Positions 1 through 9,176 of a stretch of 43,098 bases of DNA are shown here, in pieces. Both the position numbers and the translations under genes were made by a program. Position 1 is the stretch's first letter. Each line of letters opens with the position of its first letter. The notes beneath the pieces are model-generated. The model was given only the letters and a program-made list of their open reading frames with translations, was not told where the DNA came from and made no database searches. Location of the stretch: the IMG/VR virus record IMGVR_UViG_2541047775_000007; one strand, 5' to 3'. Source of the DNA: a virus (taxonomy: Duplodnaviria > Heunggongvirae > Uroviricota > Caudoviricetes).

Positions 1-1127
<1,127 letters not shown>

Positions 1128-1607
1128 TTAGCGTCATTCACTCTGGCAGGATGCCAGTCAAATGCTGATGATCATGCCGCCGATGTTTATCAAACCGATC
1201 AACTGAATACCAAACAAGAAACTAAAACCGTTAATATTATTTCCATTCTTCCCGCAAAAGTTGCCGTAGACAACTCCCAAAATAAACGAAACGCACAAGC
1301 CTTCGGCGCGCTTATTGGTGCAGTCGCTGGCGGTGTTATTGGCCACAACGTCGGGTCTGGCAGCAATTCCGGAACGACGGCAGGTGCAGTTGGCGGCGGA
1401 GCTGTTGGCGCGGCAGCGGGTTCTATGGTGAATGATAAAACCTTAGTGGAAGGTGTTTCTTTAACGTATAAGGAAGGCACCAAAGTGTATACCTCCACCC
1501 AGGTGGGTAAAGAGTGCCAGTTTACGACAGGTTTAGCCGTTGTTATTACCACGACGTATAACGAAACGCGTATTCAGCCAAATACGAAATGTCCTGAAAA
1601 GAGCTAA
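1128..1607 (+). pseudogene. SlyB-like glycine-zipper outer-membrane lipoprotein, 5' end separated by the IS5 insertion
   Basis: Frame is open from inside the IS5 end with no in-frame start; lipobox LAGC at 1143-1154; glycine-zipper GAVAGGVIGHNVG...GAVGGGAVGAAAG resembles SlyB/Pcp lipoproteins; native start and signal peptide must lie upstream of IS5. Confidence 0.5.
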
Positions 1608-1622
1608 TGATCAGGAGGAGTC

Positions 1623-2162
1623 ATGAAGAAAGTTTTTCTTTGCGCCATCTTAGCCTCCTTAAGCTATCCGGCTATCGCCTCATCATTGCAGGATCAACTC
1701 TCTGCTGTCGCAGAAGCGGAACAGCAAGGTAAAAATGAAGAGCAAAGGCAGCATGACGAATGGATCGCGGAGCGCAACAGGGAAATCCAGCAAGAGAAGC
1801 AACGTCGCGCAAACGCCCAGGCCGCCGCTAACAAAAGAGCGGCAACGGCAGCGGCAAATAAGAAAGCTCGTCAGGATAAACTGGATGCCGAAGCCACTGC
1901 GGACAAAAAACGCGATCAAAGTTATGAAGATGAGCTACGCAGCTTAGAGATTCAGAAACAAAAACTGGCGCTGGCGAAAGAAGAAGCCCGCGTTAAGCGC
2001 GAAAACGAATTTATCGATCAGGAACTGAAGCACAAAGCTGCGCAAACCGATGTGGTGCAATCTGAAGCTGACGCAAACAGGAATATGACTGAGGGCGGTC
2101 GCGATCTGATGAAAAGCGTGGGCAAAGCAGAAGAGAACAAATCGGACAGCTGGTTTAACTAA
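1623..2162 (+). CDS. hypothetical secreted protein (signal peptide plus charged coiled-coil, 179 aa)
   Basis: Strong RBS caggaggagtc before ATG; N-terminal MKKVFLCAILASLSYPAIA signal peptide; K/E/A/Q-rich heptad-like body; terminator follows. Confidence 0.75.
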   Translation: MKKVFLCAILASLSYPAIASSLQDQLSAVAEAEQQGKNEEQRQHDEWIAERNREIQQEKQRRANAQAAANKRAATAAANKKARQDKLDAEATADKKRDQSYEDELRSLEIQKQKLALAKEEARVKRENEFIDQELKHKAAQTDVVQSEADANRNMTEGGRDLMKSVGKAEENKSDSWFN

Positions 2163-2209
2163 GCGATGTCAGTAACTTCAAGCCTATGATTCGTGAGTAT
2201 AATAAATAT

Positions 2210-2233
2210 CCTCCGGCATAGCCGGAGGTTTTT
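2210..2233 (+). terminator. rho-independent terminator (cctccggc-ata-gccggagg plus T5)
   Basis: Perfect 8-bp GC-rich stem followed by TTTTT directly after the 1623..2162 gene. Confidence 0.65.
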
Positions 2234-2239
2234 CAAATG

Positions 2240-2950
2240 CGCCTATAAGGCTCTCTTACCAGCCGCGCCCTAACAGGCGCACACGATCTGACATTTGCAT
2301 CCAACTTCGTTACTTACGGCCCGTAAACGGGCTGCCCGGATAGGGAATCGATAACTGCTCTCCCATTTTATCCTCTTCAAGCTGGTGCTTTATGTAATCC
2401 TGTATCTTCGCCGTGTTCTTACCCACTGTATCGACGTAGTACCCTCTGCACCAGAACTCCCTGTTCCTGTATTTGAATTTCAAATCACCAAACTGCTCGT
2501 AAAGCATCAGACTGCTTTTCCCTTTCAGATATCCCATAAACCCGGATACGCTCATTTTAGGCGGGATCTCCACAAGCATATGGATATGATCTGCACAGCA
2601 TTCAGCTTCCAGAATCCGTACGCTTTTCCACTCACACAGCTTTCTCAAAATACTGCCTATTGCTCTACGCTTCTCTCTGTAGAACACCTGTCTTCGGTAT
2701 TTTGGCGCAAAAACTATGTGATATTTACAGTTCCATCGGGTGTGCGCTAAGCTCTTTTCGTTCCCCATTGGGACCCCCTTTTGATTTCTTGTTTGACACT
2801 TGCAGTTGCCAGACCGCAAGGTGTTTTAACAAATCAAAAGGGGTTTTAATAACTGGCTCAAAGCTGAAAGCTTTCCGGAACCCCCAGCCTAGCTGGGGGT
2901 TTTCTGTGCACAAAAAACCCTCTGTAGTAACAGAGGGTTTTGTTCATTCA
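2240..2950 (-). mobile_element. IS200-like insertion sequence (boundaries approximate)
   Basis: Y1/HUH transposase ORF plus two strong hairpins upstream of it (acccccagc/gctgggggt near 2886-2908 and aaaccctctg/cagagggttt near 2908-2938), typical of the IS200 left-end structured region; ends not mapped precisely. Confidence 0.6.
2310..2768 (-). CDS. tnpA: IS200/IS605 family Y1 transposase TnpA (about 152 aa)
   Basis: Translation MGNEKSLAHTRWNCKYHIVFAPKYRR...HIHMLVEIPP...YIKHQLEEDK is recognisable as IS200 TnpA; ORF-track start at 2819 is probably an upstream extension. Confidence 0.88.
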   Translation of the reverse strand: MGNEKSLAHTRWNCKYHIVFAPKYRRQVFYREKRRAIGSILRKLCEWKSVRILEAECCADHIHMLVEIPPKMSVSGFMGYLKGKSSLMLYEQFGDLKFKYRNREFWCRGYYVDTVGKNTAKIQDYIKHQLEEDKMGEQLSIPYPGSPFTGRK

Positions 2951-3090
2951 TAGTGCAGGGTCAAATCATTCCCACTCAATTATTTACGATAACCATAACC
3001 AATTGAGTGATAACATTTTTCCAAATCTCAATTTTTATCGTACCGTTTTATATACCGTCACCGGAAATCAGTACCATGAAAAATGCCATG

Positions 3091-3573
3091 CTATCTGGTC
3101 AGGGTGTCGTACTGTTTTTCACAGACTCTTCCGGCTTCGGCTGCCCGGTCAGCATACTCTGCCAGTTGTCTGTTTCTCTCGAGAGATTTACTGAGCACGT
3201 CGGCAAGCAAAACTCCGGTGTCTGCGGCTGACGTCCCAGCGCCGACAATGGCGTTATACTGCCTGAGCTGCTCACGGATGGCAACGAGCTGTTGCTGCAA
3301 CCGGCCAGCGCGAGCGGCAGCATCAAGAGCATCATTGCGCGCCTGGTCGATCCTCTGCTGCGCTTCACGTTCATTGATCGCTTTCTCCTGTTCGTAGTGC
3401 TGACGAATTCTCTCATCTTCGGTTTTGCGGTCTTCTTTCGCCTGCGCATACCCGGCGTCGTACTGACGACTGCCGTGTACACTCCAGGCAACAACTCCTG
3501 ATATGACCAGAACAGCAAGCACCGCCATGATAATCAACTGTTTCCGGTATGCTTTTACGAATGCCCAGATCAT
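3091..3573 (-). CDS. Rz-like i-spanin (160 aa)
   Basis: N-terminal TM helix, then charged coiled-coil; directly downstream of and overlapping the endolysin gene (ATGA overlap). Confidence 0.7.
   Translation of the reverse strand: MIWAFVKAYRKQLIIMAVLAVLVISGVVAWSVHGSRQYDAGYAQAKEDRKTEDERIRQHYEQEKAINEREAQQRIDQARNDALDAAARAGRLQQQLVAIREQLRQYNAIVGAGTSAADTGVLLADVLSKSLERNRQLAEYADRAAEAGRVCEKQYDTLTR
3099..3335 (-). CDS. Rz1-like o-spanin lipoprotein embedded in the +1 frame of Rz
   Basis: Inside the 3099..3518 [16 protein letters not shown] gives a signal peptide with lipobox followed by a Pro-rich short mature peptide; fully embedded in Rz in a different frame. Confidence 0.5.
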   Translation of the reverse strand: MMLLMLPLALAGCSNSSLPSVSSSGSITPLSALGRQPQTPEFCLPTCSVNLSRETDNWQSMLTGQPKPEESVKNSTTP

Positions 3574-4199
3574 ACCGCCAGCACCTTACTGGCATTGATG
3601 TATCGCGCGCGCCGGTCGTCGATGCCGTTCCGGCCACCATTGATAATCAGAGTTACACGTGCAATATCGCCGGTATACTTCATGCATCCTTTGCTGGCAA
3701 AGAACCACGCCGCGCTACGAGCCGCGTATTCGTCCTGCGCCAGCAGTTCAGGACTCTCCAGCAGGTCAACCTTAAGACCGTTTCCACAGTCACGATAGTT
3801 ATTCAAACCGGTAACCTGGATAAGCCCGCGCCCACGGTAGTTCCAGCCATCACCAGGGGCATTGTTCCCCATGCGTTTGCTGTACACCAGATTGGCAATC
3901 GCTCTCTGGCGCTCAAGTGGCAATGGTGGTTCGCCTGCACGTCGCCCCAATGCGTTGGCCTGTCCCTGAGTGAGACGCCCAGCCCGAACAAAGTTAGCCA
4001 GTCCGCTGACGCTGTAGTTGAAATTCTCCTGCAACCGGGTGAAGCCTCCAGACTCATGCCCGACCTGAGCAATAAACATAGCCTGATCTTCTGGTTTGCT
4101 GATACCAAACTCTTTCATCGCAGAAGTTATATGCGAGAACCAGCGTGCGGCCAGTGCCTCGCTGATACCAGCAGCTCGCTGGAATTGTTTAATCTCCAT
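3570..4199 (-). CDS. endolysin, glycoside hydrolase family 19 (chitinase-like) type
   Basis: Motifs [20 protein letters not shown] are characteristic of GH19 phage endolysins; no N-terminal hydrophobic SAR segment. Confidence 0.88.
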   Translation of the reverse strand: MEIKQFQRAAGISEALAARWFSHITSAMKEFGISKPEDQAMFIAQVGHESGGFTRLQENFNYSVSGLANFVRAGRLTQGQANALGRRAGEPPLPLERQRAIANLVYSKRMGNNAPGDGWNYRGRGLIQVTGLNNYRDCGNGLKVDLLESPELLAQDEYAARSAAWFFASKGCMKYTGDIARVTLIINGGRNGIDDRRARYINASKVLAV

Positions 4200-4497
4200 G
4201 TTTAGACCTCGATACTTTGAAAATTTGAACGACGTTACCGCGCGTTTTAATAACCGCAGCTAGCATGACAGCGTTGATAATGACCTCAGATAAATCCACA
4301 GCCATTGGCGTACGTAACCAGATTGCATAGGCGACACGAACAGGAATACTGGCCGCAGCAACAATCAGGAAATAAGCAAGCCATCCTCCCCACCTTCGGT
4401 GTTGAGAGCCGTTACGCCGGAATGTGACAACGCGAATTGCTATGCCAGTGCAAATAACTGCATTGGTGATAAGCAAAAAAAACTCATGCGTTACCAT
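4189..4497 (-). CDS. holin-like membrane protein (3 predicted TM helices, charged C-terminus)
   Basis: Hydrophobic segments and C-terminal [19 protein letters not shown] tail; overlaps endolysin start. Confidence 0.5.
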   Translation of the reverse strand: MVTHEFFLLITNAVICTGIAIRVVTFRRNGSQHRRWGGWLAYFLIVAAASIPVRVAYAIWLRTPMAVDLSEVIINAVMLAAVIKTRGNVVQIFKVSRSKHGD

Positions 4498-4897
4498 CGT
4501 CTTTTCTCCCCGGAATTAACTCGCGTGGATTATCGGAACGGTGATAGAGCCATATACCAATACGCACAGCGACAATTGCTGACACGAATGCGCCTGCAGA
4601 GAAAACAATCCCTTTTTCAAAAGAGTCCTGCGTGATGGTAGGGATCAGGCTGGCTATGCCGATAAGAATTGATGCTGCTGGTTTGTAAAAGAGAAGGCCG
4701 CAAAGAAAGCTGAGCATCGACAGGAGCACCCGGCGACGGATGGGGTACTCTACTGCAGAGGTAACAAAAATTACCGCTCCAGCCAAAGCACCCAAAGCAA
4801 CCTCAGGAGGAACTCCTGCTATCACCGCCGCCAGAGAACTCATGCTAAGCCACTGATTTAAAGTTTCACTGGTTAGTTGAGCTGACATGTTTTCCAC
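4484..4897 (-). CDS. holin/antiholin-like membrane protein (3-4 TM helices)
   Basis: RBS ggtgga before ATG; multiple hydrophobic helices and charged C-terminal tail; sits upstream of the holin-like gene and endolysin. Confidence 0.5.
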   Translation of the reverse strand: MENMSAQLTSETLNQWLSMSSLAAVIAGVPPEVALGALAGAVIFVTSAVEYPIRRRVLLSMLSFLCGLLFYKPAASILIGIASLIPTITQDSFEKGIVFSAGAFVSAIVAVRIGIWLYHRSDNPRELIPGRKDDGNA

Positions 4898-5090
4898 CGT
4901 TTATATGCATAACAACCTCCTGAACAGTAAAGCATTACGCATAATAAACCATTTATGGTTTTTTGTTACTTTAACATCGTCAATTCCCTGTTTTTCATGC
5001 CGAGAATAAAGCTCACCTTTTACATGACTCTGAAGAAACAAACAGTGAAGAGCAGGTTGAATACCGCACCATTTAATGGCGCGGTAGCAG

Positions 5091-5387
5091 TCAAATAGAG
5101 AAATAAACACAAAAACAAAAAACAACAGGAACAGCAAAATCCAACAGACTTCCCACATCCCACACGCGTGGATCAAAACCTCCCCACCACGGCATGTTGA
5201 TACGTTTCCCTTTCCCAAACTTTTCTATCCAGCGATATTCTGCCTGGGTGTGTTCACGCGCAATGAAGAACGTACAACCGGCTATCGCACCGTAAGCCCA
5301 GTTTCCGGTAAAAATACCAACCAGTACCTGAGCCACAAAAGCGCAAAGCGAGTGAAGAAATGGAGTGACATCAATGCTCTTAATCAT
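5091..5387 (-). CDS. small membrane protein (98 aa), translationally coupled to the tailspike gene
   Basis: Start codon overlaps tailspike stop (ATGA); 2-3 hydrophobic segments. Confidence 0.5.
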   Translation of the reverse strand: MIKSIDVTPFLHSLCAFVAQVLVGIFTGNWAYGAIAGCTFFIAREHTQAEYRWIEKFGKGKRINMPWWGGFDPRVWDVGSLLDFAVPVVFCFCVYFSI

Positions 5388-7573
5388 GAAACTTCCCCAT
5401 TGGTTGAAAATATGGCTCCTCCAACGCCAAGTGTATTTCGTGTTGTGCTCAACCTCAGAGGGCTGGAGTCAGAATTAGAATATCCTGTAGCAGAAATAAA
5501 AGATCCTCCACTAATAGTCAACTGCGGAACATCGGCTATATCTGAATAAGTTCTGTCAGCAACAGTATTATTTATAGCCACATATGATCCAAAAAAACTT
5601 CTTATTGTTTGGTTTTTAACTTTACTTCCTTCAATGGTTATCCTACTACCACAGTCGGCAATAAATCCTGAATCTGCATCCAGCGTTGCATTCATAAAAG
5701 AAGCTTCAGATCTCTCTACATCAATCCATCTAATATCTTTTGTGGGATTTGCACCAAATACATGACAAATATTAGAGTTAAACCTTACACCATCTTGGAG
5801 GTGCATTAATTTTTTTATATCTGTACCCCATAGCCTTGGAAAATTAACAGATGCTCCTGCATGGCAATCAAATCCCAGCTCAGCCCCTGAGATATCTACA
5901 GCCTTTCCTGAAATAACAGCACCAGTGTCTGCATTAACGGCTGTTCCACAATTGCGCATATCATTACCAGCAACATCAACGCAACCCGCACCATCAATAC
6001 GCACACCAAGTGCACATCCATAAAAACCTTTTTCAATATTTGGTTCAAGGACTTTACCACTTGTTTCTGCATCACTTTCTTCAACGTCATGTCGTCTTGC
6101 ATCAACATATGCTGTATGAATGCAGGTTAATCCACGATATGAGCAATGTATAGTTTTATGGTCGCGTATATTAACATTTGAACCATCTCTTACATTCCAT
6201 CCTATATAACAATAGCTTGCACTTGACCCCTGAAAATCTGCTTTAACATTATAAATACAATTAACTGACGCAACCGTACTCTCTGTGCACCGTTCAAACT
6301 TGCTTACAGGCATTGATGCCTTGACATTATTTACCAGTTGCAGGGAAGAGTATCTGCTATAAGAAAAATCACATACGTAATACCCTTCTGGCATATATGC
6401 AGCAACACTTTCCTCATCAGGAGCACATCCGGTATGATATGCACTAATTTTTGCACCAAAACTACCATGAATTCCAACGTAGAACTTTCGAGCACCTGAA
6501 TACGGATAGAAATTAAGTTCAGCTTTTTGAGTTACAATAAATGCACAAACATCGCTATCATCTCTATTTTCTTCGATCTGAATAGCAAATACAGGACTTT
6601 TTGCTGCATCGCAAATGTAAAATAAATACTTGTATTCGTAATACGTTCTAACGATTTTAGTAAACAAACGAGTGTCAGAGAAAACCACTGAGTCTTCTGA
6701 TGTTATTTTAATCCAAGACAAATCAACACCTGAACTGAATTCAATTTGATAGTTGATAATATGCCCGGTCTTAATTCTTATTTCGCAGAAAGCATTACCA
6801 CCATCCCACATAGGTCTCATTGACTGGGCTGCAATGATTGCATCTTTGAGTGTAGGGTAATCACCCCATTCGCCAACAGTAATAACAAAAGTATAATATG
6901 AGTTAAAAACAGCGGCATTTTTGCCTTTGGATATCAACTCCTTAATCATAAAAATATTATCTTCGTAATCACAAGGAGAAATTATATCCCTCATTTTGCT
7001 TTGAAATGTTCGTTGTCTTGCCCCGCTTCCTGACGGTATAAACCAACCAAAACCACCAACAACCCCGGCGATTGCAGCATCGACATAATTACGCATTGAG
7101 CGATTATTTACAGCATCCTGCTCAAGTGATGGATCTGCAAGGTTAGAAATTCTGTTTTGCTTTGCATCGTAATATTTTGCAAGCAGAGAGGGCTTCATCA
7201 ATGCACGTCTGAACCACCCAAAACATTGCTGGATCAGCATCGTCAGGTAGTCAAAGGCATCTTCATGCACTTCGGGGAAAAATTTTCCCTGATTGCGAAG
7301 GTCTGTCTCCTGCACTACATCAAGCACACGATCTATCGTAATTCGCCATCCAGTAGCAAGCGGAGACGGAAGAACCACAGAACCGCCACTATAAGTGCCC
7401 GCCCCAGTTACCGTATAACCGGTATCCAGGACCAATTCTGTTACGTTCCCGTTCAGGTCAGACACCTGAACAACCAGGTCTGATTTTCTGAAAATTCGAA
7501 AAGTATACGGAAACGATGTCGTAACGCCGTTACCGGTGTATTCGTTGTGGTCAACTTCGGTTGAGACCGTCAT
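5384..7573 (-). CDS. tailspike / tail fibre with conserved N-terminal virion-attachment domain and probable beta-helix receptor-binding/depolymerase body (729 aa)
   Basis: N-terminus MTVSTEVDHNEYTGNGVTTSFPYTFRIFRKSDLVV matches the conserved podovirus tail-fibre/tailspike N-domain motif; AT-rich body with many Cys and Asn/Gly repeats; RBS ggag before ATG. Confidence 0.8.
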   Translation of the reverse strand: MTVSTEVDHNEYTGNGVTTSFPYTFRIFRKSDLVVQVSDLNGNVTELVLDTGYTVTGAGTYSGGSVVLPSPLATGWRITIDRVLDVVQETDLRNQGKFFPEVHEDAFDYLTMLIQQCFGWFRRALMKPSLLAKYYDAKQNRISNLADPSLEQDAVNNRSMRNYVDAAIAGVVGGFGWFIPSGSGARQRTFQSKMRDIISPCDYEDNIFMIKELISKGKNAAVFNSYYTFVITVGEWGDYPTLKDAIIAAQSMRPMWDGGNAFCEIRIKTGHIINYQIEFSSGVDLSWIKITSEDSVVFSDTRLFTKIVRTYYEYKYLFYICDAAKSPVFAIQIEENRDDSDVCAFIVTQKAELNFYPYSGARKFYVGIHGSFGAKISAYHTGCAPDEESVAAYMPEGYYVCDFSYSRYSSLQLVNNVKASMPVSKFERCTESTVASVNCIYNVKADFQGSSASYCYIGWNVRDGSNVNIRDHKTIHCSYRGLTCIHTAYVDARRHDVEESDAETSGKVLEPNIEKGFYGCALGVRIDGAGCVDVAGNDMRNCGTAVNADTGAVISGKAVDISGAELGFDCHAGASVNFPRLWGTDIKKLMHLQDGVRFNSNICHVFGANPTKDIRWIDVERSEASFMNATLDADSGFIADCGSRITIEGSKVKNQTIRSFFGSYVAINNTVADRTYSDIADVPQLTISGGSFISATGYSNSDSSPLRLSTTRNTLGVGGAIFSTNGEVS

Positions 7574-7677
7574 GTTAAATCTCCAGATAGTCGCAGCACC
7601 CGTTGCGCCGCATATCTGGTTATTCTATTACCTGAAAAACCACATATGGATAAAAAGGCTGTAAATACGAATAGATA

Positions 7678-7692
7678 TTACCTTTCAGGTAA
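7678..7692. promoter_or_regulatory. operator-like palindrome TTACCTTTCAGGTAA (motif A)
   Basis: Perfect 5-bp inverted repeat with 5-bp spacer; one member of a family of at least 13 near-identical sites. Confidence 0.6.
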
Positions 7693-7729
7693 TTTGCAAA
7701 ACGTGCTGGATAGCAAACAAATTATTTGC

Positions 7730-7749
7730 TACTGTATAAATATACAGTT
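7730..7749. promoter_or_regulatory. LexA (SOS) box TACTGTATAAATATACAGTT
   Basis: CTGT-N8-ACAG core at 7732-7747 with AT-rich spacer, 18/20 match to the E. coli LexA consensus; 20 bp upstream of the start codon at 7769. Confidence 0.75.
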
Positions 7750-7768
7750 ATTGCATGGAGAAGATAAG

Positions 7769-8026
7769 ATGCAGCGGTATCACTATCCACTGGAAGACGG
7801 ATTTACCGAAAGGATTCACACGCCGGGAGGCGTCAGGTCACTGGTGGAGGGATCGCACTTGATGAAATTACTCCGGGATCTCGATAAGGATGGATTTAAT
7901 GTCGATGGCCCACTTGCCGAACTGACTGCACTGATTAACTACGTTACCAGCTCACAGATGTCTATGCGGGATCTGCAAACACATCTCGACTATTGTGCCG
8001 AACAATTACGAAAACAAACCCGGTAA
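7769..8026 (+). CDS. small antirepressor-like protein (85 aa), paralog of the C-terminal domain of the 9177..9833 antirepressor
   Basis: RBS ggag 8 nt before ATG; sequence aligns with the Ant C-terminus (shared GV..L.E.S.LM.LL..L..DG..V.G..AELT....Y......RD.QTH..Y); LexA box immediately upstream. Confidence 0.65.
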   Translation: MQRYHYPLEDGFTERIHTPGGVRSLVEGSHLMKLLRDLDKDGFNVDGPLAELTALINYVTSSQMSMRDLQTHLDYCAEQLRKQTR

Positions 8027-8030
8027 ATTT

Positions 8031-8052
8031 AAAGGCCGCAAGAGCGGCCTAT
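8031..8052. terminator. bidirectional intrinsic terminator (aggccgc-aaga-gcggcct) between convergent genes
   Basis: 7-bp GC stem flanked by T/A-rich runs on both sides; nearly identical hairpin recurs at 11282-11299. Confidence 0.55.
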
Positions 8053-8777
8053 CGTTTCGCTTTGTGCTCGTCCCAGCACGTTTTGCACCATGCCATTAAG
8101 CCATCCGCATTTTGATTATTAGGGTAAAAGCTTGTTCGTTTTCTGCGGACATTACAAATTGGGCACCACTTCATATGGCGTGTATTCTTTGGGCCATCGA
8201 GACACCTTGCACACCACTTAGTCAATCCATCTGGATTTTTTGACGATTTCCTGAATTTTTCATATGGTAGGTTTATTCTGCATCGCAAGCACTGCTTGCT
8301 ACCACTTGAAACTCTGTTAGCTGATTCTTCTTTTGGCGGCGATACAGAAGGTATTCTTGCTGGCTCTGATACTGCCTGAGGTGCTTTTTTAGATGACTGA
8401 GACGATATGTCATCACCAGGGAATCTTCCATGATATGCCGGACGCATTGACACTCCAGGTGGAAGCTCAGCTGTAAACGGCTTTGGCTGAATCAGTTGCC
8501 TCTCTTTTGCTAACTCCTGCTGTTTATAATATGTCTGGATTACCGCACTATCATAAGCAGGAGGTGCGGAAATATTAGGCGCATTACCTCCAGTTTTTTG
8601 AAACTGAGTAGAGGTGTGTTCTATCACCTGTGTACGATTAATCGTTATCTCCCCATCTTCGGTCTTTATCGTTTTGTTATGATTAACGACCGTACGATCA
8701 GAGATCTTAGTCTTGTTCTGGTTGATAACGTAAATAATCACCGCAACCACACCAACAACTATCCAGAAAACTTCCAT
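8049..8777 (-). CDS. membrane-anchored protein with C-terminal tandem CxxC zinc-ribbon-like motifs (242 aa)
   Basis: RBS gaggaaaag before ATG; N-terminal TM helix; long low-complexity linker; C-terminus CLRC...NPDGLTKWCARC...WCPIC...NADGLMAWCKTC (duplicated DGL..WC..C unit). Confidence 0.7.
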   Translation of the reverse strand: MEVFWIVVGVVAVIIYVINQNKTKISDRTVVNHNKTIKTEDGEITINRTQVIEHTSTQFQKTGGNAPNISAPPAYDSAVIQTYYKQQELAKERQLIQPKPFTAELPPGVSMRPAYHGRFPGDDISSQSSKKAPQAVSEPARIPSVSPPKEESANRVSSGSKQCLRCRINLPYEKFRKSSKNPDGLTKWCARCLDGPKNTRHMKWCPICNVRRKRTSFYPNNQNADGLMAWCKTCWDEHKAKR

Positions 8778-8797
8778 TGCTTTTCCTCACAATAACA

Positions 8798-8812
8798 TTA
8801 CCTTAAAGGTAA
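8798..8812. promoter_or_regulatory. operator-like palindrome TTACCTTAAAGGTAA (motif A)
   Basis: Perfect palindrome 21 bp upstream of the minus-strand start at 8777. Confidence 0.6.
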
Positions 8813-8861
8813 TATCTTGCTTTCAGGTGATCAAGCGTTAAACGCAATCAACCAAATACGG

Positions 8862-8905
8862 TTGATTTTAATATTTCTTCGCGTTTATCATTACCTTTGC
8901 GGTAA
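8862..8905 (+). promoter_or_regulatory. candidate promoter (TTGATT -35) with overlapping operator TTACCTTTGCGGTAA (8891-8905)
   Basis: -35-like hexamer followed by a motif A palindrome; lies about 270 bp upstream of the antirepressor gene. Confidence 0.45.
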
Positions 8906-8942
8906 ATTTACATTGCACTCCTCTTGTGCCATAGTAATCGGG

Positions 8943-9018
8943 CACTGGCAAAATCCAGTGCCGGGATTGGTCTCCCGGATTACTAAGTGGCGCATACCAC
9001 GCCAGACGTGGTTTTTTT
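8943..9018 (+). promoter_or_regulatory. structured leader: three consecutive hairpins ending in an intrinsic terminator (ccacg-ccaga-cgtgg plus T7)
   Basis: Hairpins cactgg/ccagtg (8943-8960), ccggga/tcccgg (8961-8978), and terminator 8996-9018; no credible ORF. Confidence 0.45.
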
Positions 9019-9176
9019 ATGCGTATAGCACAGTCATGCCAGAATTATGGTGGGCTGAATGGGGGTCCGAAAGGACGCCGGTACCACTTAGGCCGGTAAG
9101 ACCAACTCCGTTCAGTTCACCACCATCTGATTGGTCTCAGCGGTGGTGATGTAATTCGCTAAGTGGAGACGCCATC

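Noticed and set aside
4901-5218. 105-aa ORF overlapping the 5091..5387 membrane-protein gene
   Set aside because: Different frame of the same DNA; the 5091..5387 ORF is translationally coupled to tailspike and has coherent TM helices, whereas this ORF has odd Cys/Phe-rich composition.
8817-9149. 110-aa plus-strand ORF covering the antirepressor leader
   Set aside because: Spans three hairpins and an intrinsic terminator, lacks an RBS; region is better explained as structured RNA.
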